A stretch of DNA of 64,000 nt, from contig OZ024743.1 of NCBI GenBank assembly GCA_964016885.1, positions 351,354,001 to 351,418,000 of the forward strand, read 5' to 3'. Positions 40,508 to 54,094 of this stretch are shown piece by piece. A program made the translations under genes and the position numbers. The first letter of the stretch is position 1. Each line of letters starts with the position of its first letter. The notes beneath the pieces are model-generated. The model saw nothing but the letters and a program-made list of their open reading frames with translations. It was not told the DNA's origin and ran no database searches. Source of the DNA: Eledone cirrhosa. Taxonomy: Eukaryota.

Positions 40508-40846
40508 TTTGCAACGGGTCACTTTGTGGCTCAATGAAGAGTTAATAAATGAAATAATCAGAGCTATATATCATAAAACATGTCTATAGAATCACCAGAT
40601 GAAATATATACCGTTTCCTCTCCCAATTAGCATAATTAACCATATAAAAAATCGATTAGACCAAGCTATAATAATAAAGGCTTCTATGAAGAAATCTCCG
40701 ACAAATAACCGAAAGCAGCCCTTCGCGGCGGTTGCGACGGAGTATTTATCGAGTATTTCGACAGCGTGTATAAATCGTCCAGATATACAGTCAACTAAAC
40801 AGAATTAGATGTAAAATAAACTAGGAGAAAAGTGAACATATTTAGT

Positions 40847-40926
40847 TACCTCTACCATGGTTTCGTTCGCATTTTAAGATATCCGATAACATTGGACATC
40901 TGGAGCACTGGACTCTTCAGGAGTTA
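40847..40926 (-). ncRNA. Type I HHR, copy 1 (weakened stem II)
   Basis: Intact CTGAAGA/GAAAC-catg-GTA core; stem II gtcca/cgaac mismatched. Confidence 0.6.
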
Positions 40927-41125
40927 GCTCAAATTTAGTCAATTAATTTTCCAAAGTGATCGCGCCAAGAATACATTAAAAAATGGCTAAGAATCGTGAC
41001 GTAGCAGCGGTCAGGCTAGAAAGAATGTGATTAGTTGCTTACGGCTGGTGGCCTTTTGCTAGAAAGCGCAGCACAATACAGCCAAAATTGTATCTCAACC
41101 TAACGGGAGATTATTACATATAAAG

Positions 41126-41286
<161 letters not shown>

Positions 41287-41621
41287 GAAACGGGGCACTT
41301 TGTGGATCAATGAAGAGTTAATAAATTAAATAATCAGAGTTATATATCATAAAACATGTCTATAGAATCACCAGATAAAATATATACCGTTTCCTCTCCC
41401 AATTAGCACAATTAACCATATAAAAATCGATTAGACCAAGCTATAATAATAAAGGCTTCTATGAAGAAATCTCCGACAAATAACCGAAAGCAGCCCTTCG
41501 CGACGGTTGCGACGGAGTATCTATCGAGTATTTCGACAGCGTGTATAAATCGTCCAGATATACAGTCAACTAAACAGAATTAGGTGTAAAATAAACTAGG
41601 AGAAAATTGAACATATTTAGT

Positions 41622-41701
41622 TACCTCTACCATGGTTTCGTCCGCATTTTAAGATATCCGATAACATTGGACATCTGGAGCACCGGACTCTTCAGGAGTT
41701 A
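41622..41701 (-). ncRNA. Type I HHR, copy 2 (intact)
   Basis: ctc-CTGAAGA-gtccg...cggac-GAAAC-catg-GTA-gag. Confidence 0.85.
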
Positions 41702-41810
41702 GCTCAAATTTAGACAATTAATTTTCCAAAGTGATCGCGCCAAGAATACATTCAAAAATGGCTAAGAATCGTGACGATCACTTTGGAAAATTAATTGTCT
41801 AAATTTGAGC

Positions 41811-41890
41811 TAACTCCTGAAGAGTCCGGTGCTCCAGATGTCTAATGTTATCGGATATCTTAAAGTGTGGACGAAACCATGGTAGAGGTA
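41811..41890 (+). ncRNA. Type I HHR, copy 3 (intact, inverted)
   Basis: taactc-CTGAAGA-gtccg...tggac-GAAAC-catg-GTA-gaggta. Confidence 0.85.
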
Positions 41891-42296
41891 ACTAAATATG
41901 TTCACTTTTCTCCTAGTTTATTTTACACCTAATTCTGTTTAGTTGACTGTATATCTGGACGATTTAAACACGCTGTCGAAATACTCGATAAATACTCCGT
42001 CGCAACCGCCGCGAAGGGCTGCTTTCGGTTATTTGTCGGAGATTTCTTCATAGAAGCCTTTATTCTTATAGCTTGGTCTAATCGATTTTTTATATGGTTA
42101 ATTATGCTAATTGGGAGAGGAAACGGTATATATTTTATCTGGTGATTCTATAGACATGTTTTATGATATATATATATATATATATGGGGAGTGGGAGAGA
42201 GAGGGTGTGTGTGATAGAGATAGATAAATAGAATGATTGATTGAGAATGTTTATTTTGCCTTTGAGGAGTCAACACAATCTATCTTACTATAAATA

Positions 42297-42687
42297 ATTG
42301 TTCCTACTTTTGGCACAAGGCCAGCAATTAGCCAGTACATTACTGGTACTTTATTTTATCGACTCCGTAAGGATGACAGGCAAAGTTAACCCCGGCGGGA
42401 TTTGAACTCAGATCATAAAGGGACGTAACTCTATGCTTCAAAGCATTGTGTCCGACTCTCTATCGATACTGCCAATGATTTCTAGTATGTATAGGCACAA
42501 GGCCAGTAATTTGCAGGGTGTGGAAAGTCGATTAAATCGACCCCCGTACATTACTGGTGCTTTATTTTATCGAACCCGTAAAGATGAAAGGCAAAGTTAA
42601 CCTCGGCGGGATTTGAACTCAGACCGTAAAGGACGGTAACTCTATGCTGCAAAGCATGGAGTCTGACTCCCTACCGATACTGCCAAT
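42297..42687 (-). mobile_element. Two tandem tRNA-derived SINE copies
   Basis: Reverse-complement matches to the 8919-9118 type. Confidence 0.9.
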
Positions 42688-43074
42688 ACCCCTGGAAATC
42701 AGCAGAAACCCAAGGAGTATCGAAGCACTTGCTGGCGTTTCGATCCGCATTTTTCCGTCTCCAGAGGTACTTTATCAGAGGTACGTTACCTGACTAAAGC
42801 AACAATTATTTATATAAACAACATTGTATGCAAAATATTGAACCTGGCATATGAAGTTCATAGAAAACGTAGGAAACTCAGACACAGAAAATAACTATAA
42901 TCGCGGGTGGTTATTATAAATAATAGGTTATAAAGTCGAGTAAAATACCACTATGGACGGAAAAAGTGGCCAGTTACAGCCATAAAGTATCTAACCGTTG
43001 TATCTTTCAGATACCGGCTGACTGCTATAGCCATAAAGCTAAACAGCCCCTGACAAAAATCCCCATATAAATTA

Positions 43075-43290
43075 GGAAGACAAACAAATACCGGGGATTG
43101 TCCAGCTGCTTCATCTTTGCATCGATCACCATCGAGACCTCAGGTTTAGACCCCGTACTGTCGAGCTCCTCCGCAAGATCGGAACATCAGCAGCCCGTCT
43201 GAGGAAGGAGCTCCGTGAGGTGGGGTGGCTGTTGCAGCGGGTGTCGCTGACCATTGCCCGCGAAAATGCTTTTGAGGTCTTGTCTGCGAC
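43075..43290 (+). mobile_element. CRE-like non-LTR retrotransposon 3' remnant
   Basis: FIFASITIETSG...QRVSLTIARENA resembles the CRE-type endonuclease C-terminus (QRxSxAxxRGNA). Confidence 0.55.
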
Positions 43291-44075
43291 GCGCAGCCCC
43301 AACACTGCTGTGCTCTAGACCTAGAGCCCATCACCCTCATCTTCCCTCTCCCATTATTCTGTGACCCCAGAGCCCTTACCCTTCCCTCAATTTTCTGTTT
43401 TTAAATATCAGTAGTGTTATTGTCATTTAAAATAGGTTTATTTATGATTTTTTAAATTTTCATTAATAAAACCGTTTATAGAATTAGGAAGCTAAATTGA
43501 ATAGCATTTGAATATAAACTACATTGCATGTAAAGTATTGAACTTTAGAAGTGCTGGGTGGTTATAAGCTAATATATATAGCAACTGGCTGTATTTACAG
43601 TTATTTTCTGCGTCCGAGTTTCCTACATTTTCTATGATCTTTATAACCCGTCAATTCCAATACTATACATTGAATAGCAGTCTCATCCTTAAAAAAATAT
43701 GTTTCGAACCCTGAGGCAAATCAGGTCAGTGTTTATCCCAGTTACGGTGGGGCTAAGAAACTGAGAGTACAATACTATCCCCTGAACTGGACGCCAGTCC
43801 ATCGCAGGTTTAAAATTCCAGCTATTGCTGGGACTCATTTCCAGCTGAGTGCTGTGGAGCAACGTAAAATTAAAGCATTATGATCGTAAGTTCAACCAAC
43901 TTACCTCGCGCGCCTCCACAGACATACATAAAAATATTAGTGACTCTGCGTCATTTAACATAACCACAATAAAATTGTTACTCTGTATATATACACAGAT
44001 ACATACATGCTCGTATATACACATATATACACATTTATATATGTATAAATACATATATATATATACATATGTAAT

Positions 44076-44109
<34 letters not shown>

Positions 44110-44215
44110 GCATATATACATACATATATACATATACTTATATACATATATATATACATATATACATATATATATACACATATACACATATACACATATA
44201 CACATATATATACAC

Positions 44216-46806
44216 CATCCTTGCTGTCACTAACACACAATCACAAAACAAGCTCCCTGCAACAGTCAAAACCAGCCACCCCACTAGCCTCCACATTCTT
44301 ACTCAATACACAAGGTATCAGCCCATCCATCAATGCACAGAAATGGAAGATCCAATTCATTGAGGATTGGGTTGGTAACCATCCATTTCACACCCCCTTC
44401 TTCCTTCTTACTGAGACCCACCTTGACAACTCCCACTTGGAGGCCGAAGTAAGAGTGAGAAATTTCACAACCATCCGTGCGGATCGTGTTGGCAGAAGGA
44501 AGGGTGGAACTGCCATTTTCCTGCATGATTCCTTTACGGCAGATGGCAACACATCATTCTCTAATGGATACTCTGAATCAGTCATTGTGCACAATAAAGC
44601 CAATGATCTGACATTAGTTGGGCTCTATAAGCCACCATAAACACCCATAATCTGCTTCAAAGAATGCCTCAACAGTATTAAATGATTTATTAAACAGTGC
44701 CATTCTAGCAACATACTTTTGATGGGAGACTTTAATCTACCCTGTGTCGATTGGTCTACATGTAGTTTGAAACCAGGCTCCACAGCCTCAACCACTGACG
44801 AGTCACTTCTTGAAGCAGGGTGATAGCCATGCTTGAGTCAAAAAAATATAACCTCCAGAAATGCATGATGACCATCATCAATAACCAGAGAATAGCTGAA
44901 GAGAGGTGGGCCATTGAGAAAATCAAACTCAACCCCAAAGTATTCTTTTCATTTTCTAAAAAACACAAGGTCACCGTCTCCACTGTTGGCCCCCTAGTTG
45001 ATGAAAATGACACAGTCCAGGACAATGCGAAAACCATGGGCGAGATACTGAAGAAACAATACTGCTCTGTTTTCAGCAATCCTGATATGGCCGATCTGGG
45101 CCGTATCAGTGATATTAACCCCCAACACACTATATCAGACATAACGTTTGGTGCCCCTGATGTCTTAGCGGCAATAAACGAAATTAAACCCAATTCAGCA
45201 GTAGGCCCTGACAGGTTCCCTGCTTGTGTCCTGAAGGTGTGTCGACACCAACTTGCATCTCCTCTTGCTAATCTGTGGAGGAACTCACTGGACACTGGCT
45301 ATATTCTGAAAACTTTCTGTCCCAGTCCGTTGTCCCAGTCTTCAAAAAGGGAAATAAGTCCCTTGCAGTGAACTACCGTCCGATCTCACTCACCTCTCAC
45401 ATTATCAAGGTATTTGAGAGGGTGGTGAGATCACGAATAACCCACTTTCTTGAAAGCAATGGCCTGCTGAACTCCAACCAACATGGGTTCCGTGATGGAA
45501 GGGACTGCCTAACGCAGCTCCTGCATCACTTTGACAATGTTTTAAGAGCCTTGGGAGAGAGCTCCAACACTGATGTCATCTACCTTGACTTCAGCAAGGC
45601 CTTCGACAGGGTTGATAATAAGATTCTACTGAAAAAACTATCCAATGTTGGTATCTCTGGAAGGTTACTACAGTGGATCAAATGTTTCCTGACAGGCAGA
45701 ATCAGCATGTTGTAGTCGAAGGAGTAAAATCAAGCCCCGCTGGTCAGCAGTGGCGTCCCACAAGGCACTGTGTTGGGCCCACTTTTTTTCATCATCTACA
45801 TTAATGACATTACTGACATCATCAAGCACAGCAACATCAGAATCTTCGCAGATGATTCCAAGCTCCAAAGGGTCATCAATGAGGTGGGTGACCGGACATG
45901 CCTTCAGTCAGACCTAGTGGCTGTTATCCAATGGGCAGAAATGAATAATATGCTGTTGAATGAGGGTAAATTTGAATTAATCCACTTTGGAAAAAAGGAT
46001 GTCCTGAAAATACAATATCTCTTCCTTCGGGTGAAACTCAAGTGGCATCCAATAGCATCAGAGACCTGGGAGTAATTGGGGACAACATAAGCTGGGCCAC
46101 TCATATAAACAGCAAAGTTGATATGGCCCGCAGAATGTGTTCCTGGATTCTTAGAACTTTCCAGTCGAGAGATATCCACACTGTTATCCTTCTCTTCTCC
46201 ACTTTTGCCCCACCCCACCTTCAATACTGTTGTCCATTGTGGTCACCCCACACGAAACAAAGTATTATGAAAGTTGAAGCACCCCAAAGGTCAATTACAA
46301 AAAAGATAGATGGCATGACAGGCCTTGACTATTGGAGTCGATTAGAAAAGCTCAAACTTTATTCTCTCCAACGTCGCCGTGAGCTCTACATTATCTGTAT
46401 GATGTGGAAAATATTCCATCAGCTTTGTCCAAATGATGTTGGCATCACCTTTAGTGTACACCCAAGGCTTGGGCCCCGTGCTATCCGCCCACGACAAAAA
46501 TCTCACTCGCATCACATAACAACAATACGGCACAATTATTTGACCTCAATTGGCCCTGCACTCTTTAACATTACACCAAGACACATCAAAGCAGAGACAG
46601 ACCCCATCAAGTTCAAGAAGTCTTTGGATAAATTCCTTCAAGAAATCCCGGATAAGCCTCCTACACCCGGATATGCCTCCGTAAACAATAACTCTCTGCT
46701 CGAGTGGGCCATGGTGCCCAAACACTGATTTGTAAGACTTCGCCAGGTGGTGCTATTAAGTTAGACATGGCGTGGGCCAATACTGGCCGAAAGTTATCAA
46801 AGTTAT
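44216..46806 (+). mobile_element. CR1/L2-clade LINE, internally deleted and frameshifted (APE + RT)
   Basis: TETHL, GGTAIF, MGDFNLP; NYRPISLTS, QHGFR, YLDFSKAFD, SGVPQG, FADD; LYSLQRRR; tail aagttatcaaagttat. Confidence 0.95.
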
Positions 46807-46808
46807 AT

Positions 46809-46884
<76 letters not shown>

Positions 46885-46886
<2 letters not shown>

Positions 46887-47783
46887 ATTATGAAGAGAGA
46901 AGAAACATTTAGATATAATTAGTAATAAAATGTATCATACCTAAACTGCTCCTAGATTCCTCGACTACGTAGTTTCGTGGCATAAACAAAAACAATACAT
47001 CATAAAGATATAGAGCCTTTGCGAGGTCTGCCGACTTATCAAGAGGATGCCTCATTTTACTAGCCTCAAGAACGCGTCTACACGACGTGAGAAAGAATCC
47101 CAAAAGGCGGAGGGGGAGATAGTCACGCAATATAACGGTCGAGAAACAGAGCTAAGCCTCCTATAACCCCGAAGAAAATACCACGGAGGCGGAGGGGGTA
47201 TTTATATCGAAGCCGTAGAAGAGGTGGTAAAGGAGGCGAGAAGTATGAGTAATGGCAGCTTTCCAGCAGTCACCACACTTCAAAGATTACTCGACCAGAG
47301 GGAGTTATGAACAATATATTTAGAAACACACAGATACATGCGGACACACACATATACATGAATGCATCCACATCCAACCGTGAGTTAATGGTGCCAACCT
47401 TACCGATGTTGCTCAATGAATGACTGGGACAGACGCGTTGTTCAGGCTAGTAAAATGAGGTATCCTCTTGATAAGTCGGCAGACCTCGCAAAGGCTCTAT
47501 ATCTTTATGATGTACTGTTTTTGTTTATGCCACGAAACTACGTAGTCGAGGAATCTAGGAGCAGTTTAGGTATGATACATTTTATTACTAATTATATCTA
47601 AATGTTTCTTCTCTCTTCATAATGTATTTTTAACTCTGATACTGGTTCAGTCTGGGTCAACCGGATTGGTCTGTCCCAGTCATTCATTGAGCAACATCGG
47701 TAAGGTTGGCACCATTAACTCACGGTTGGGTGTGGATGCATTCATGTATATGTGTGTGTCCGCATGTATCTGTGTGTTTCTAA

Positions 47784-47790
<7 letters not shown>
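46885..47790. mobile_element. Non-coding element with two interleaved inverted repeat pairs, in (TA)n
   Basis: 46885-47068 with 47445-47624, and 47310-47432 with 47670-47790. Confidence 0.8.
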
Positions 47791-47868
<78 letters not shown>

Positions 47869-47877
47869 ATATATATA

Positions 47878-47982
47878 GTAGAAGTAGAACATTGGGTGGT
47901 AATATCCGTAGTGGTAGAGCACTCAGTCCATGGGACGAGTTTGGTAGAAGTAATAACACAACAGTTAGTTCACCATACCGAG

Positions 47983-47990
<8 letters not shown>
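47878..47990 (-). mobile_element. Short terminal fragment of the 26.2-kb PLE family between (TA)n tracts
   Basis: attgttctcggtatggtgaactaactgttgtgt matches 26243-26276. Confidence 0.75.
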
Positions 47991-48067
<77 letters not shown>

Positions 48068-48629
48068 TTGAAACAGTAAAATATATATTACCATGTATTG
48101 ATGACATGTGTACTTCAATGGACAGAAAATGTCCCAGTAAAAGTCCTCTCCTCTGGTCAAACCTTCTAAGGCGACGTGTTTCTACTTGTTTCCTTCTAAT
48201 CAACTAATTAGATTACGTTGATAAAATATATCTTCTTTTAATTACTTTTTTTCGCAGACCTATACAAAGATGATTTAAATAAATACGAACACAAAGAAGG
48301 GAAATTAATTACCAATATCATTTTTATCCTTATACATACACCATCATCATTATTGTCAACATTGTACTACTTTACCTTCTCCTACTCCTACTCCTCCTTC
48401 ATCTTATCATCACCATTTTCATCATCGTAATTATCTTCCTCATCACCATCATCATCATCTTCATCATCATCATCAACAACAACATCATTATTATCATTAT
48501 CATTATCATTACCCCCTTCTTTCTCCTCATCATTCTAATATCATCGTCATCAACCTCGTCGTTGGATTCATCATCATCATCCTCATTACTTGTAGAAATA
48601 ACAAATGCAATAGCAACAGTTAACTAATC

Positions 48630-49375
48630 AATCTTTTTCGGAGAACTTTTGGTCCACGGCCCAAGGATAACTGCCAGAAATCTCGGGTTTGACAGTGCTA
48701 CCGGGGAACATTGTCAGTTCGGGATAAACTCTGTTCGATGGCGATGAAATTGTCCTGCATGCACACGTCGAGTATCCGAACATTAATGATTTGTGGATTT
48801 ATGTCGAACATCTGCTGTCGTGTGTAGGACTAATTCGGCTATCAACTGAGGCCATTACGGATATTACCCCGCCGCCTTCCTTTAGCCGAGGAGAGCATGT
48901 AGTTTTTATCTGCGTGGTAGCCATGGCAAAAGAGGTTGTGTGTTGGAAGCATTAGAAAGGTTTGAATACAAGCACCTTCCTCTTCAGCGAAGCCCTGGTT
49001 AACTTTTTCAGGTTTTACTTGAAAAGGAAAGTGCTGCCTTCCAAGCAATTTGTTGAAAGGAGGGTGAGAGAGGCGAGTATGTCCTGAGTGAATGGGCCTG
49101 CTCTGAATATGCGCCTGTAGATTGAAGGAGCAAAGCCAGGAGAAGGCACATATCCTAGCGGTCGTGGTGACCTTGGATTTTTGTGGGCTTTCTCCAGGTG
49201 CGATACTCGGAAGTCTCCCTACTGGAGAATTTATTTTCTTTTGAATTTTTACATGCTTTCTCTGTTTTTTTACATCATTTTTACGCGTGAAAATACACAC
49301 TGTACTGTCCTGTCACGTCCTGTGCCGCCCTTAATATTTTCTTAATACGAGCCCTATCTGGCTAATAAAGAAATT
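48630..49375 (+). mobile_element. L1/Tx1-like LINE 3' fragment
   Basis: Homologous to 18950-19330 and 52820-53345; ends aataaag plus (ATT)n. Confidence 0.7.
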
Positions 49376-49402
49376 ATTATTATCATTATTATTATTAATT
49401 AT

Positions 49403-49690
49403 TTTACGGGGTCGATAAAATAAAGTAACTCACTGAAGTCGATTTAATCGACTTTCAATTCCCCCATATTGTTGGCCTTGTGCCTAAATAAGAAACCATT
49501 ATTATTATTGACAGTATCGGTTGAGGGTCGGACGCCATGCTTTGACGCATAGAGTTACGGCCGTTGCCATTCTGAGTTCAAATCCCACCGAGGTTAACTT
49601 TGCTTTCATCCTTACGGGGTCGATAAAATAAAGTACCAGAAATGCACCGGGTAATTGCTGGCCTTGTGCCTAAAGTAGAAACAATTATTA
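49403..49690 (+). mobile_element. Two SINE copies
   Basis: Main SINE core and tail. Confidence 0.85.
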
Positions 49691-49889
49691 TCGCTTTCTG
49701 TCATAAATTGCTCAGTAAGTTTGTTCTATTTTCACACTGTTATTCCACCTATCGTATTGAACGTTTGTGACTGTTTTGTAATTAGACTAATCAGTATTTT
49801 CGTGAACTAGTTAGTTTAGCTCTGCCTGCCGCCCTTGGGGGCTAAACCTGTCTTTGTTTATCAAACGCGCCCCTAAATTTTTGTGGCAA

Positions 49890-52545
49890 TGAAGATGGCT
49901 ATTATAAGAGTAGGATGCATAAATGGCCTAGTGTCTTCTTGGAGACGAGGTCGCTTGCTGAATGACCTTTGGTCACTAGATATGTATGTGACTGCCGTTA
50001 AGTAGCCCAGGATTTCCGACACATGTGAACTAGCCCCCACTTTCAATGACTATAAGATCTTCGTATCTCTTAGTCAGTCGGGAATGGGAGGCGAGGTGGC
50101 AGTGCTATTTAGGAAAGGCCTGTATTTCGAGGTACGGATGATCTTCCTTGACTCAGTCTGTAAGTTGGTTCCCTTAGTCAGATGGCCGTCCATGCCTCGA
50201 CCGTGGTTGGATCACTGGATTTCTTCAGGCGTCAGGAAGCCCCTCTAGGAACGTCTTGCCGTTTGCTGTTAGTGGGTTACTGGAACGGCATCATGGATGC
50301 ACGCTATGTGGGAGTAGCAGATGAAATCGGGGGTGCAAAAGCCTCAAATACCTGATCAGGCAATTCTAACTGTCTGATAGGTACCGACTAGATTTCTCGA
50401 ATACGCCAGGGTGACCTGAGCAATGGCATAGGGTCATCTAGATCGTATACATCAGGGTTTTCATTATATTTGCTGATAGCGATAGCATAGAATGTCCACA
50501 ATTCCAAACAGTCACCTATTCAGAGCACGCATTCGTGATCTCAATGGTCAACCTAAATAGAACACGTAGGCAGGAATCTAGTTACTGGAAGTTTAATGCG
50601 TTCCTCCTGGCATGTAAAGCTTAGAGCGATCGGATTAGCACTTTAGTTAAGCAAACGTTGACAGAGGCAATCATAAACAAGAGGTTGTGGGATATTCTCA
50701 AGAGAGAGATTAGAGTAGAATCAATAGCTTTTACTAAAGATGTAGCAATAGTAAAAATAGAAAGGAGGGTGAGTTAGTAGCTAAATTAGAAGAGACGATT
50801 AGAGTTGACATTGCAACCGTCGTACTAACTGCGAGAATGGCACTAAACAATATCTTCAATGCGAAACACAAAGGCTGCATTGTCAGAGCTAAGGCATGTA
50901 ATCTAAGAAACGAGAGAACAAAAGCTATTCAATGGGCCTGAGTGGAAGATGTGCAGCGAGGCAACAAAAGCACATTTCCGTCTTTCAGTGCGTTCTGGCC
51001 GATTTCAAACAGATGTGTGCGTCTCTTCGCCACCACTTTGCACGTCTGTTCATGGAGAACGGAGTGTCGGAGATGGTAGGGACTTCAATTCCTACCTAAA
51101 CGGCCTGCTGTGACTTCCGCGACTAATGCAGACTACTGCGAAATGCCAATAACATTAGCTGAGATACAGGAAGCCCTGGTCGACTGTACGGGGGGGGGGG
51201 CAAATCGCTAGGTTTGGATGGTCTGTCCTACGAGTTTTACGTAGATATACAAGACTTGTTCTCCGATTTCCTCGAAGCCGACTACTGCAACTAACAGCGC
51301 TGAATGGGAGAATATCCAGCCCTGTGAGTTGGGACGCAGTCACACTGATGAGGAAAGACGAGAACAATAGGTATGTTTTAGACAACTTCAGTCCCATAAC
51401 TCTGCTAAACACTGAGTTTAAGATTTTGGTCAAGGTGCTAGCAACGGGATTGGTGCGTGTCATCAAAATCCTAGTAAAGGGGGAGCAGACGCGCAATCAC
51501 GACGAGGTCTATACACGACAACTCCTACTTCATGCGATACATAATAGAAAGGGTAGGAAGTAAACTTGGCTTCGGTGGGGCTCTGATCAATTTAGATCAA
51601 TCGAAAGATTTCTATATGATCGACTATCGATACCTAGACTCTGTCCTCAAGGCCCCTGGCTTCGGTCTCGTCTTCAAAGGTTGGATCGCTGCAATACACA
51701 GCGACATCTGCTCGATGGTCAAAGTCAACAGCCACCGGTCGGAACCGTTCCAGATCATGTGATCGGTCTGTCAAGGGTGTCCTCTCTCATCCTTTCTTTA
51801 CGTACTGACTCTGGAGCCATTACTACAGAAGCTCGAAGTGATTCAAGGCATCCCACTCGAACCGACACGTGGAATTACAGCGTCGACATATACGGACCAC
51901 GCCACCGTGATTGCGTCGGAAATCGAAGTGGTCAGCAAATTCTTAAAGGAATATGAAAGATTGAAATCAGCAAAGTCGGAAGTGCGGTCAGATGGACCTG
52001 ACCGAGATGCGTGCAGAGCGACGAAACCGTTCTGCATGCACTCGTCTAGTGTCTGTGCATTACTGACTTGTGGAGTTTTGTCGAACAGCTATTATCACGT
52101 GCAGGACGGATCCGACTATCGACCGAGTCCATCGTGAAGATCGCCCCGTCGCCATTTTTTAGTTGAGAAGAACATGTAGTTTTCTTCTGCTTGGTGACTG
52201 TAATGAAAGAGATTGTGTGGTGGATGGGGTTGAAAGGAATGAAGACAGACACTTTTCTCTTCGACCAAGACCTCATCAACTTTTTCAAGATCCACTTGGA
52301 AATGATAGTGAGGATGGAGAGAGAAGTCCCCCCTCCCTTGTACATGTGTTAATAGATGGGTCAATTTAGTGAGGGTGGCGCACGCGATTGGGCCTACTCT
52401 GACCATTCGCATATATGCTTTGTAGTTTAGAGAGGAGACAGGCGCTCCCCTAGGGTGCTCTTGGAGAGTTGGTGGCTTAGGACTGGTGAGGTTCCTATGT
52501 CACCCCTGGGTAGTACTCTCTCCTTTTGGGGAATTTTCATTGTGA
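49890..52545 (+). mobile_element. Decayed L1/Tx1-like LINE ORF2 (APE, RT, zinc knuckle)
   Basis: YWKFNA, PITLLNTEFKILVKVLA, INLDQSKDF, SVCQGCPLSS and a degenerate YADD (YTDH); many stops. Confidence 0.85.
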
Positions 52546-52556
52546 TGTATCGTGAA

Positions 52557-52735
52557 TTGGCAGTATCGGTAGAGGGTTGGACGCCATGCTTTCTAGCATA
52601 GTTACGTCCCTTTACAGTCTGAGTTCAAATCCCGCCGAGGTTAACTTTGCCTTTCATCCTTACGGGGTCGATAAAATAAAGTTCCAGTAATGTACTGGGT
52701 AATTGCTGGCCTTGTGCCTAAAGTAGAAACAGTTA
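52557..52735 (+). mobile_element. tRNA-derived SINE
   Basis: Near-identical to 8129-8320. Confidence 0.9.
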
Positions 52736-52819
52736 TTTGTTTTTACTCGAATTTTTGTAGACCCCACCCCCACTATCATTGTATTGTCCCCTACGTGTCC
52801 GCCTTTATGTCCAATAAAG

Positions 52820-53352
52820 AAACCATTAGCCAGGAAGGGCAGGCAGCTTTTATCTGTCTGGTGGCCATGGCGAAAGAGATCGTGTGGTGGACGCGTTTGA
52901 AAGGGTTGAAGACGAGCACTTACCTCTTCGATAATGCCCTGATTAACCTTTTCAAATTTCATTTGAAAAGGAAAATCAGGGTGGAGAGGGAAGTGCTCTC
53001 TTCCCAGCATTTTGTTGAAAGATGGGAGAGAGAGGCAAGCATGGCCCGAGTGAATGGGCCTGCTCTAAGTATGCGCCTGTAAATTGAAGGTGGAAAACTG
53101 GGAGAGGCCACTTTCCCTGGTGGTAAGGGTCACCGTGGCTTTTTAATGGGCTTTCTCCACGACTGTCCTTCGGAAGTCTCCCCCCTATTGGGGAATTTTC
53201 CTTTGTTTCTTTTTGTCATGTTCTTTGTTTTCTTTTTCTTTTTCTTTTTCTTTTTCTTTTTCTTTACACGCAGAAATGCCCATTTGTACCGTCCTGTGCT
53301 GTCCTTAATGTTATACTTTATGTCAACCTTCATGGTTAATAAAGAAAACTGT

Positions 53353-53405
<53 letters not shown>

Positions 53406-53412
53406 TACCATT
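52820..53412 (+). mobile_element. L1/Tx1-like LINE 3' end with (ATC)n tail
   Basis: AKEIVWWTR...FKFHLKRKIRVER ORF end, T-rich UTR, aataaag, (ATC)n. Confidence 0.75.
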
Positions 53413-54094
53413 ACTGTTTAGTCAGGGAGGGAAGGTTTGTGTCCATGACTTTTTTCAGACCTGCGGAAACATAGTTAGAATCCTTGCTACGGAGTGGCCT
53501 CGGCTAAAGGCACACAAGAGCCAAGTGGGAGTCTGAAACTGTATGAAGTATTATATCTACCACCCAGAACGCGAGGATTCGAAGGAAATACCGCAAGGCA
53601 TTTCTCCGGGAGCTCTAGCAATTCCACTAACCCATTGCCATTGACTAATCCTCTATTTCTTCGACCTCGAAAAGATTAAAGTCAAAATTGCCCTGTAAGA
53701 GACTTGAATTCAGGAAGCAGGGAACTAGTACAAAAGCTGAAAGGCATTTTGCCCTAGACTCTGACAAGTCAGGCAGCTCTGACAGCTCTGTCAATTTGCT
53801 GCCTTAGGTGATGAATTAAGAAAGCATCAATTGAAGTGTTAATATATAAAATTATTTACACAATATACAGAGAATAAGGTGGCCAATTGGCTGAGTCGTT
53901 AGAACGTCGAATGGAATGTTTTGCAGTATTCGGTCTGACACTCTGCACTCAATGACTTCAAAATCAGTCGTAGTCAACTTTGCCTTTCACCCTTTCAAGG
54001 TCGATAAAAAAACTACCAGCCCAGTACTGGGTGGATTTTTCCTCTACATCTCTTTCTCACTTCTTCCCTGTCATCTCTCTCCTTCACTGGAAGA

